Assembly (NCBI RefSeq): GCF_000743755.1
Contig: NW_014569539.1
Span: forward strand, 1 to 64,000
Length of the DNA: 64,000 nt
Direction of reading: 5' to 3'
Source: Blastocystis sp. subtype 4
Taxonomy: Eukaryota
In this document: positions 40,501 through 51,585 of the stretch, piece by piece
Layout of the letters: every line of letters begins with the position of its first letter
How positions within the stretch are numbered: position 1 is the first letter of the stretch
Program-made: the position numbers and the translations under genes
Notes under the pieces: generated by a model
The model's input: only the letters and a program-made list of their open reading frames with translations
Told to the model about the DNA's origin: nothing
Databases searched by the model: none

Positions 40501-42156
40501 GGTGAAGATGGTGGTTTTGGTGAATACACGATTCTGTTTGTGATTCTGTATCTGCGTCGAAGTGATGAAAAGGATGAAAATGGGAAGATACAAGATGAGT
40601 TCATTACTGAAGATGTGTTACGTTATGGAAAGGACCCTATAAAACCATTTTCCCCAGTTATCAAGTTGGGTCATGGTAAGGATCATAGTGGTAATCCTAT
40701 TGGAAAGGGATTCAACATTTTGTATGCTTTTGATTATGAGACTGCAATGGAGATTCTTCGAAGAGGAAACATTCGTGTGATATTTATCACTTGTTCTCCT
40801 GGAGATGGAGAGTTCCCTTCACAAGGAAAGAGTGGAAAACAGGACTTCTGTGATTCTTTCTTGGATTGTGTCTACACATTCAGTGAGAATGGAGGAGGTG
40901 TGTTCTGGTTCCTTGAGAATATGCCTTATACGTATGAGGCAGATCGTTATTTTCAACGCTTTTATGGCTTTGAAGCTGTAGGTGATAAGGAGAAATCGAT
41001 TCAAGGAGGAAATATGATGATACGGACAAAGAAGACTGTTCCAAAAGCAGGCCATTTCATTACAATAGGAGGTGATGTGACGGACTTTGATCAGTTATCG
41101 AAGCTTGATTTTGGTATTAAGGAGATCTCAGAAGGAACAACACTATGTAAGTTGAATGAGAAGAGATTGGAAGAGAATGGATTCGAAGTATTTGCTATGG
41201 AGAGTGAAGGAAATGCTTCGATTATGGTTCGGAACAATGACTCAGTTGATACCAGAGGTCGAATGATCATTGATACAGCTGCTTCCAAGTTATTCCTGGA
41301 GTTCACCTCAGAGGGAACAGCTCGATGGATAAGTAATGCTGCAGTTTGGTTGTGTAATGTGGAACAGTTCTCAGATGCGAAGGCAAGAGATGAAAATGCA
41401 AAGTCTGGAATCGATATGAGTAATTTTGGAACTGATAAGATGAAGAAGCGGCCATTTGAGAAACGTGAATTTGTGACAAAGGTTATTGATTTCTGTGTCA
41501 CAATTATTATGGACACTACAGGATCTATGCATAGTTACATTGAAGCAACCAAGAACAACATCATGAACGTATTAGAAACACTTCAAGAAGAAGAAAGGCG
41601 ATTAGTTAAGAGTGGGAAGATCAAGGGAAGTCACATTGTTGGTCAAGTGGTTGAGTACAAAGACTTTGGCGATACAATCAACAGTTCAGAGTTTATTACT
41701 GAAGATTTCAACCAACTTAGGAGGAAGTTATTTGCATTTACAGCAACTGGAGGGTGCGGATGTAATAGTTACTGTGAAGATATGCAAAGTGGATTTGAAA
41801 GAGCAATTAAGGAGATGAAGAAGTATAGAGATTACAATCATATGATTCTTGTGTGTGGAGATTGTCCCAATCACTCAGATGGAGGATGCAGTCGCAAAGA
41901 AAATCCACGTCATCACAAGAGTTTCAGTTTTGTATGGGAAATGATCTATCAAGATCTTCGTATGTTCCCTTCCTTAAAGGTAATGTTTATGCCAGTAGAT
42001 GGAGATGATATGCTTAAGACTGCTCGTGTTATTGAGAAGGGACTTGGACATGATATTGCTCAGTCACAAGCAGTCTCAAATAATAGTAAAGAGTTTGCAA
42101 ACTATCTAATAGAAACGATTCGGGATGGGTTCAGAGGACTTCCAGGTATTTCATAA
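25507..42156 (+). CDS. Giant (~5449 aa) multi-UBL / six-AAA+ (midasin-like) / vWA x3 / GATase-1-like protein
   Basis: Frame-consistent introns 25600-25629, 26261-26290, 26413-26441, 26569-26598, 26730-26759, 27109-27137, 27402-27433, 27838-27867, 27988-28016 and 28219-28249 join the UBL exons to the 4626-aa ORF. Walker A motifs GVTSSGKT, GRKMCGKT, GDPGVGKT, GLSPSGKS; terminal MIDAS DTTGS. Confidence 0.85.
27535..27702 (+). repeat. Coding minisatellite, 7 x 24 nt (PGLTMNSS / PGITLN[P/S]S)
   Basis: Units cctggtctaactatgaattcatca and cctggtattactctaaac(c/t)catca in the order A-B-A-B-A-B-B. Confidence 0.95.
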
Positions 42157-42379
42157 GTTTATTTTGGATGTTATATTTGTTATCATGTAACAATCGTCTT
42201 TCCATTCATTTTTTAAAATCATTCCAATCATTTCTACTGATAATCTGAGAGGTAATAAGCTACATTCGGATTAGCATGGATCAAATCAACAAGCAGCTCT
42301 ATGAAAAGTATCTCTGATTTTGTAATTCCATTGTGTAATCAATCTTCATCCTGGAACAGTTATCTTCACACTATTGTTG

Positions 42380-43310
42380 ATGTCAGTGTCCAAGCTTGCA
42401 ACTAAGCTTGATATAACAAAAGTCATTACAAAGTCATCCAATTCTTTCAAGTATTTAATAGAAGAGGAGTAAACAATAGATCTCATCTTGATGATTCGCT
42501 TACAAAGCATTATGCATCAGTTACATCCATATTATCTGTTGTTTCAGAAGGAAGAGGGTAGTTGTAGAGTCTGTTGATTTGTAGGTTTTTCCAGTTGGAG
42601 GCAGAAAATAGTACTCGATTCGTATGCTAAGCAAATCATGTTTACACAGAAGAAGCAAGTAGGACTCGAAACAATCAATCATTGACAGCCAAATCGTGTG
42701 TTTTCGAAAGATGACTTAGATTTTATGCGACGAGCGGCTGAAAGTGCACCATCTGAAGGTAAATGTGATGGATTCATGTGATTGTAGAGCTTCGAAAGAG
42801 TGGGCTATTTGGAAGTGAAGTACATGATATTCTAACTAAGTTGATATCAGGTCAAACCGTCAAAGAAACGCCCAACACAAAAGCATTGATTTCTGGTTAT
42901 CGGTTGTGGAAAAAGCAACACTCTATCGATATTTACTTTACAGATGTATTCGTTCAACATCCAAAGTACGAATGGGGGACGGTTGACAAGTAGATATCAG
43001 TATTCTGGATTTGTCGATGCAATAGGAATGAATCATGAAGGCGATCTAATCATTATCGATTTTAAATCAGGTAAATCTGTCTATGAGTACTATGCACTCC
43101 AATTGGCAGCATATTGCAAAGCAGTTGAAGTGACATGTAACTGTAAGGAATCTATTCAGCACGCGTATGTATTACGATTTAATCGTGATAATGCCAATTT
43201 TGACTTCCTGAAGGTGATTGACATTGATAAGTGTTTTACATATTTTCTAAACTGCATTGAGCTAACAAAGATGAGAAAAGAAAAGAATGGCTTCTTTGAA
43301 GAGATTCTAT
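42380..43310 (+). CDS. PD-(D/E)XK exonuclease (RecB-like / MGME1-like)
   Basis: YASVTSILS, GSEVHDIL, YSGFVDAI, IIIDFKSG, YALQLAAY; ATG 42380 joined by intron 42433-42461; genomic TAG at 43324 but a poly(A)-made stop is predicted at 43310. Confidence 0.85.
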
Positions 43311-43314
43311 TGTC

Positions 43315-43322
43315 TGTTTGTT
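43315..43322 (+). terminator. TGTTTGTT 3'-end/polyadenylation element (example)
   Basis: The same motif follows gene ends at 3174, 3512, 11845, 13845, 16056, 17116, 19601, 23121, 48957, 49024, 51576 and 55434. Confidence 0.85.
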
Positions 43323-43330
43323 AGAATTGT

Positions 43331-44112
43331 TTATGGAGACAGTCGAAGAAGATAGTTCTGTAGTTCGATTGTTTCAGCGGTACCTTGCTCAGTTGAATTT
43401 TTAGTATAGAAAGAAAGTCTCCTTCCAAATGCTACGATCGCAAATGGCGTCAATCCTAGATTTGATATTATTTCTCGATCAACAATATCCATGGTTTGTT
43501 GAATATGTAGTGTGTTTGATGGATAGTCTACCCAGAGAGCTGGAGCAGAATCTACAACAAATATACAAATCAACACGAGAGTAAAGTGATGAAGAACTCC
43601 TTTAGTATAGAGTCCAGTTGGCAAAACGTTCCTTCAAACAGCGATTAGAATTACAACAGTTGATTCATTCTATCGACTCCAATATTCGACAATGTTATTA
43701 TATCAAAGAATGGATGAATTCTAGTTGTCATTCTGATTGGTGGAACTCCTCTATCAATTGATTTGTCCATATCATTCTGCTTTTCCAGTTGTCAATCTAG
43801 CAATAGCAACGAGAGTGAGAAGGAGAATGGATTTCTGACTTCTCGTGACTTGTTAACATTAAAACAAGTAATATCAACATCTGATGTGTTTTCTGTAAAG
43901 TATGTACTAAGATTATCTAATAATCAGATCTGTCACAACTAGGAAGAAGATGTGGATATACATAGATACTAGCTTGGGATTGGTTTGGGATAGTCGGTTA
44001 GATGAATTATAGGAAGATCCCAATTGGGTTTTTGATCGACGGTTTAAGCTTCCATCAGGGCAGAAACAGTTGTCAATCTTTGTTGGTCAACAGGAAAATC
44101 AAGAACCTCATT
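43331..44112 (-). CDS. Hypothetical multi-exon protein (bounds uncertain)
   Basis: Coding-like terminal exon (IFVVDSAPALWVDYP...) and intron-like spacers; no family recognised. Confidence 0.35.
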
Positions 44113-44171
44113 GGTATAAGTGTTCTGTGGTAGTGGATAGCTGCCCGATAATTAGTAACGAATAAACATGT

Positions 44172-45032
44172 TTACAAGTATACATTCGAGAAGGCACTTA
44201 CAGAAGCTTTCCTCCTTAGAATCCGTAGGATGTAAGTGGAAACTTCTTCTTTGAATTCCTTTCCACAAAGAGAGATCACTTGTTGATAGAGTGCAAAAAC
44301 AGGTTCCACTGAAAATGCTTGTTCCGGACAACAGCACAACAAATGAACTTCCTTCCCTATAACTCTCAACTACAAGTGAATAGAAGGAGTTAAAACTACA
44401 AATGTAAACAGTTCTGCGCCGAATCCAGTGATGTAATTGGGTGATGGTAAAAGAGGAATATTGTGGAAGAAACGCATGTTGTTAGAAGAAGAGATTGTAA
44501 AAAGCTGCATATTAGAGATGTTTAACCCTGCCCGCTGACTCCACGGGAACGAATCAAGAAGAACACATTTCTGGAAGCGAACACTTTGAAGGAGTTCTTG
44601 AATGACATGAAACTGAAGACTCGATTCCACTTCCACATCAAGCCAGGTGATGATGACATCAGCTACAGAATAAAGAGGCATTTGGTACTCATTAAAATAT
44701 ATCTAAAGTGAATAAGGAAGAGAATAGATACGCCATCCTTGAGTTCGGTGAAATGAATGACATTTGATTGCTGTAAATCATAAAGTGAACAAACGGCTTC
44801 ACAACACCATGATCCCTGATTCTTCATTCCGATAATAAGACACGAACAATCCAGAATCGTTGAGTTATCTTTCTAATCAAATTACTATATATGGGATAAC
44901 ACGTACCTCAGTTTGTAAGGAAAAAGAGTGAGATGATGGTAGGAGTGAGAAATGATTTCTTGATTCCTTAAAAATCAATTCTCCGTGACGGTAGTAACTC
45001 TAGGAATGAATAACCACAAAAGACAATACCAT
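44172..45032 (-). CDS. Proteasome assembly chaperone 1 (PAC1/PSMG1)-like
   Basis: LPSPNYITGFGAELFT motif and C-terminal SNVYL* (HbYX-like). Confidence 0.6.
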
Positions 45033-45269
45033 GATGAAGACAAATGTGACTAAAATGGAATAATCAAGATCATCAAGTCAATTTTCAATCAATAGAAAGC
45101 AAATATGAATTAAGTATCAAACACGCTTTTGTTCATTTCTTAGAATAATCCTTAGTATGGTTAAACGAATCGATTTGGGATGTTTGAAAGGAAAAACACT
45201 ATCAGACCTTGATGACAGAAATCGCTTGTTTTTTTGTCATAGTGTCATATGCCATTCTTTTCTTCTACC

Positions 45270-48200
45270 ATGAGTATTGAGATGGTCGATTCATCAACGA
45301 AGCCAGAGAATGGAGGGGCTTCTGAAAAGTAAGTGTGTTACTTCTTTTCGAACATAGTATGATTGAGCACTCTACCCAGGAAGTGGGAACAACGGGTAGT
45401 CTCCCACGACTTTATTCTGTGTATTGGTATTTCTAGACTCTAAACTGTAGTTCTGGTCGCTATGAAGATAGTTTTGTGGGTAATTTGTAATTGTATATTC
45501 ATGGTCTTTATTGTAGCGATACGTATGGAAGTTATTCGGCTAATGGAATGTATGGAAATCATGCTTCTCTGAACTATTTATTTGGTAACTTAGGATCGAC
45601 GACAAAGAATACGAAGGTAACTAAATGGATTGTTTCTAATGATCAGACACGACGAGCAGAGATTCGTTACGATGGAAAGGGAACCATTCTGAATTATACT
45701 TCGTTAGTTGCCGTTGTTAACTGGATGATGAATTAATGTTTAGGAAATGTTCCTGTTGAAAGACAAGGAAGGATTTATGGGTGATAATATTCTGAATCTT
45801 GTGGGTAGGATCAAATTTGAAGATATGACAATTAGATCCTTCCTTTGTGAAAGAGAAGGGAGAGAAAGCAGTTCAAGAAGCCTTTGGACTCTTTCAGGAA
45901 GGTGCATCAGGCTCTCCTGAAATCCAGAAGGAACAAGGAGCTTCGAAACTTGTAGGAGTGAAGACTAATGGAGCATCGTTTGAGTTATCAGTAACCTTGG
46001 TGAAAGTGAGTAGCAATGTAATAACTGCGCGTCTATCCGATGGATCAGAAGTCACAGTACAGGCACCTCACATGTTATCATCTTCGTCATTCAGTAGCTA
46101 TGCGGATACACTGAGTCACTCTCATACTTACAGTGTGGGATCTGTGGGACAGAGTTCATTCTATGGTCGTGACTACACATCATCTATTAACCAGTTTGGT
46201 GGTCTAGTTGTTGACATGGCTGAGATTGGTACTGATAACGAGGAATGGGTTGGAACAGGTCGGTATTGTGAGGGACAAGAGGAAGTCTTTGAAGAAGGAG
46301 ACACTCGTTTTGGTGGGATAAGTGCTGTGTCACTAACAGCTTTCTCAGATCTACGTCGTGGACTGGAAAATGGTGTGATATTATTGGATACAGAAGCAGA
46401 ATCACTTACGGATGTGGTGAATGCAATGTTAGACGATGTGGAAATGAGACAGATCGCAACTCCAGAAGTCCGAGATCCCTTAGTTCAACTCTTCTCAAAG
46501 AAGGATGAATCTCTTCCCCTTATCCAAGAAGGTGAACAGAGAGAGGGTTGTAAGGTGTATGTTGCGAAACTCTCCTTTTTAACAAAGCCAATCATTGCTA
46601 TGGTTCGTTTGAAGAGTCCTATTGTGGTTCAAGAACAGTCACCTCTTCTCATTCGGTATTTCTTATTTGTATTGGGTTCGAAGACTTGTACTTCAACAGC
46701 TCAGTACTTCTATTGGAATGGGATCATTTGTAGGCTTCATGAAATGGGTCGTGCCTTCTCGTTAATGATGTCTCAGAACTGGTTTAGTAGTGCTGCTCGT
46801 AAGATCAACACAGATCGTCTCTTCTTAAAGTTGATGGATAATTTTATGACTCGATGTACCATGCTTCCACCACCTGATCCTTACGCTGCTAATCCATTCC
46901 AACGTCGGAATGTTATGGGTCAGACACATGGCTGCTGTGGAAAGAAGGATCAACAAACGATCACAGTATTCATGCCAAACACGACATTCCAGAGAACCAA
47001 TCACCAGTTGCGCAGACGTCAGAGAGTCTTGAATGAGCATGACAATGTGTTGAAGACAGAAGCATTACAGAAAGAGCCAACAGTGGAAGAACTGGAGAAG
47101 GAGAAGCCATCTCTTTACATCAGTCATTTGACAGTACGAGACTGGATCGTGGGAGGTATCACCATTGCTTGTTGTATTGCAGTGTTAGTACTATTGTTGG
47201 CCCATCATTTCGTACCATATGATGATGGCAAGCACGTAGTTCCCATGCTTGGTTACTCAATGTCTATTTTTGGAGGACTCAAAGCTATCACTAGTGCTGA
47301 ACCTGCATACTATGCGTAATTCCCGTGATTTAGGATTATCTTTAGTTTACCAGATTCCCCGCGGGGATTGTATGAAGTACGTACAGCCATTCAAGCTAGT
47401 CCGGAGCCCTATACCTTGAAATTACAGTTATTTGAACGAATTGGTGAAGAGGAGATTCCTCATGGCACACTAACAGACATTATCTCTGCTGCTGAGACTG
47501 AGACGGAGTCTCTTCAGGAAATCGATGTGGCTTCGGAGTTGAAACCAGCAGGAGAGAGTGCCTTGTTTATGAAAGTAACTACAAATAGTACCGCTCCAGT
47601 GAGTTTCGTGTTGTATGCTGATCCAATGAATCCTATTGGTCGATATCGTATTCTGCTGGGTAGTATCATTCTTGTTGGAGTATATGTGCTTCTCCTTCTT
47701 GAGGTGATAAATCGTGCAGTGGTTGCATTCATCGGAGCATTCTTAACTCTCCTTCTCATCAGTTTTGTTCATGATGCTCCTTCTCTATCAACTGTTATCA
47801 GTTGGATGGATGAAAGTACGTTGTGTCTTCTCTTTGGTATGATGATCATGATTCAAATGTTATCAACCACGGGAATGTTCGAGTTTTTGGCAGTCCAGAT
47901 GTTAACCCTCACCAAAGGTCATATTTTGGCCCTCAACATCTCTCTATGTCTGTTAACAGCCTTGTGTTCAGCATTCTTAGACAATGTGACCACAATGCTG
48001 CTAATAGCTCCTGTTACAATAGAGTTGTCTCGAATGATGGAGGTAAATCCAATTCCATTCTTACTACCTGAAGTAATCTATTCAAACATTGGAGGAACTG
48101 CTACTCAGATTGGGGATCCCCCAAATTTGATTATTGGTAACATGCTGAAAGAACATATTGGATTTGTTGACTTCATAAAGCATGCCACTCCGTGTGTCCT

Positions 48201-48954
48201 GATCTGTCTTATCGTTGTATATCCCTTCGTGCTGTTTTACTATCGAAAAGATTTATTGAAACCAAGAGTTCAGGTTGATGAGTCACTGAAGGAGAAATAC
48301 CAGATAAAAAATAAACCACTTCTCTTGAAATGTGGAAGTGTCCTAATCACCGTCATCATCCTGTTTTTCTTACACTCATTCCATCATATCGATACTGCGT
48401 ACATTGCTATTGCAGGCGCATTTGCTTGTCTGTTCTTAGGAACAAATGAAGACTTGCATACAACATTTGAATTGTTGGAGTGGGAAACCTTAGTCTTCTT
48501 TGCTGGTCTTTTTATCATGATTGAAGGAGTGAATGAGTTAGGTGTTATTCGAGCTATTGGAAATGGAGTTTCAACACTAATTATGAGTTCACCTCCTAAG
48601 TATCAATCCTTATTGGCTCATATGTTGATTCTATGGGTATCAGGTTTGGCATCGTCGATTTTAGATAACATTGCATTCACAGCTACCATGATACCAGTTA
48701 TTCGCATTCTAGGTGAACACCCTGAATTGAGTCAAAGAATGGACATCTATACGTTAGCTTGGGCACTTGCTTTTGGTGCTTGTTTTGGTGGTAATGGAAC
48801 CTTAGTAGGTGCAGGAGCGAATCTGGTAACGGCTGGTATTTGTGCAACAAATGGTCATCCAGTCAGTTTTGGTCAATTCTTCAAATTCGGTTTTACCTGT
48901 ATGATGATCACCATGATAGTCTCTACAATCTATGTATGGATCCGATATGTTTGA
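45270..48954 (+). CDS. Band-3/SLC4-type cytoplasmic domain fused to an OCA2 (P-protein)/ArsB-NhaD permease
   Basis: SLC4-N motifs DLRRGLENGVILLD, KPIIAMVRL, RYFLFVLG, HEMGRAFSLMMS; 30-nt intron 47316-47345 joins in frame to the permease with SAFLDNVTT, NIGGTATQIGDPPN, LDNIAF, GGNGTLVGAGAN. Confidence 0.85.
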
Positions 48955-49033
48955 ACTGTTTGTTTGAAACAAGTTGATAGTATTGTGTAAACGGATATTT
49001 GATCATACGAATCATTCTATTCTAACAAACATA

Positions 49034-51254
49034 TCACAATTGTTCATAATAAGAGGGCCGTCGACTATAACATACTGGGAAACGGTCATTCCTTTCATAC
49101 CGCCGATTATAATACCTCTGAACCTTGTTATAAACGTCTTTCATTGTTCTATCAGCTATTTTTGATCCATGCAATGCATTATGATATGAGATTCGGAATG
49201 TCGAACTATGGGTCATTCACTTCAATCATTCATACTCAGGATGAGGAAAATCAGTAGCAAACACATGATTCAGAATGAAGAACTGATAACCAGCTTGTCG
49301 CAGATTCTCAAAGTACTCGACTTTGTTGTATCCGTAATCCACAAATTCTTCTACAAAGAGAGGTGTATCAGCATTGTATCGAACCATCACATATGGTTCC
49401 ATGAAGTTTGTAATGAAGCAACGTATTCGAGAGAAATGGGATGTTTGATCTGTTACATACCACTCAGGCATCACGTACATCTAATGATCACTCTCTTCAT
49501 TATATCACTCACATGGGTTCGAACCAATCGTTTGTTACTGAAACAGTTCAAACTGTGCATGCATGCTATCAACTCTGCCTTGTTCTCTGGTTGATACCAA
49601 GCAGTTCTATTGTTCACATTCAATACAAAGCATTACAGTGCAGCACAAGACTCAATTGTGTGACATGAACGAAGAATTGTAGTATGATTGAAAAAGAAGA
49701 TTGGTAGAATAACCGCGGTTTTGTTACTATCTGTAACATACGAAGGAAGAGAGCGTATTTCTTCATAGGTGTTTGCTAGGTATAATTATCATGATGATTT
49801 GATTACTGGTCATACGGAGATCCATATCCAACACCAAAAAATGCGTAGTTCGAATATTTCGAATCGCAAGATTACGTAAAAAATTCACGGGAAAATGAGA
49901 ATAATGAGGATGCATCCTATCGACAACATACAGAAGAATGGTTAATCTCGTGGGCAAATACCGTTTCTGTAACAGTGTAACGATCTCCAATTCACTTGAA
50001 TCATTACATAAAAAAACCACAACCAGTTTGCTACAAAATCAGACCTATTTCTGTCATCTACCCATGCCAACGATAGAGTATTTGACGTAAGGAGAAGAGT
50101 CGATTCCATGTAGCTGCGGCAATGCCTGTGACATCGAATGAAGCTCTGGATGATGCATATCGTGCTAATGATTACCCGCCAAAATTTGAATTACGATTCG
50201 TATTGGTTGAAATATCCTTAACTTCTTTATTCCCAATCCACTTACGAATTTTGAAGTGTTCTGGCAGTGAGGAGGCTTTCCCTGGTTTGGGCCATCGCAG
50301 ATTACACATGTCACAATATGATTGGTTTGTATCGGAATAGTATTTCACACTTCGAAATGCCAACATTTTCTGTTTTCGTGCCTCCTCTTCCCTTCGAGTC
50401 AATTCCGAATTCACTTCTTCATCTGTCACAACCAGGTTTTTGTATCTCGCTCTGTTCTTTCGTCGCGAAGCATAGATTTCTGCTCGAATCTTTTCCAATC
50501 GCTCCGTTTGCGTTGGAAGCAATTCCTCATTCATTCGAATATATTTGTCGTCAATGGACTTAAAACAGGGTGACTGTTGCATACGTTGATACAAGGTATC
50601 CACCACCATCGATTCAAGATTGCGAATGTGTAGATACACATTGCGCGTATAGCCATAATCAAAATGGTCTGAGGGATACATTGCATTATCCTCTTCCATC
50701 ACCACACTCCGCATTTTGTCAAATTCCTTGGTAGAACGAATCCATTTCTCTTGAGCCAACATTTCAGCATCGACAAGTTTATTTCGCTCTTGAAATGTCT
50801 TATCAGTCCAATTTGAACTTTTGGGCCATGCTTTACGAGGAGAAAGAGGACCTGGAAGAATGTTTGCTACATCAACCATACAGGATTCGTCTGTCATATT
50901 CGGTAACATATTGATGTAAACAGGTAATTCTGCAGGATACTGACCCATCATCATCGGATTTGAAATATCCAATTCTTCGGGAGTAAAAACATGATATGAA
51001 GAGGAATCATTATCTACACTTTCAAAGGCAAATGAAAATGAGTACACTTAGTTTCTGTACCCAGCATGTAACCACCCTTGGGATCTAAACCTAGCCACTG
51101 AATTAAGCAGTTCCACCAATAGCGTAAGTATGAAGTAGATTTCTTTAACGAGGAAGCAAGGTCCATGTCCACTTCTTTCAGAGACTTACTGTAAACTGGA
51201 ACATACTCCTTAACTACACTATTCTTTAATAAAGTACTTATATCTAGAGGTCAT
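49034..51254 (-). CDS. GT49 (LARGE/B4GAT1-like) glycosyltransferase with long N-terminal stem (start approximate)
   Basis: [31 protein letters not shown] (DxD), [25 protein letters not shown]. Confidence 0.8.
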
Positions 51255-51585
51255 GAATTAAACTGTCACACACTCATTGGAGAATAATGCTTCTCTACAA
51301 AACTATAAGAATAAGCATCTACTGAATTATGTTTGAACCAGGACATATTACTCTCCTTCTTCGAGAAGGACGAAATATGCGTTGATGAGCTGTAAGATAG
51401 TATACATTTCACTTCTCTAGACGCTAGTGCAAGAGGAAAATGGTTACGGTGTTTCTCTGATGCAATAGTTAAAAAGAAGGAACAATAGGATACAAAAGAA
51501 ATAAACAGATGAACCAGTCTTAGTTGATTCGACCCACCTCATTCTTGCATTTGAAAAAGAATGAAATGACTGAGTAACAAACAAC

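Noticed and set aside
29179..41818. Many short antisense and alternate-frame ORFs inside the giant gene
   Set aside because: No recognisable motifs; expected shadows of a long coding strand
28276..42156. Calling the giant ORF canonical midasin or a dynein heavy chain
   Set aside because: It has a UBL array, two modules without a Walker A GK motif, no long D/E tail and extra domains after MIDAS; the AAA motifs are MoxR/midasin-type, not dynein-type
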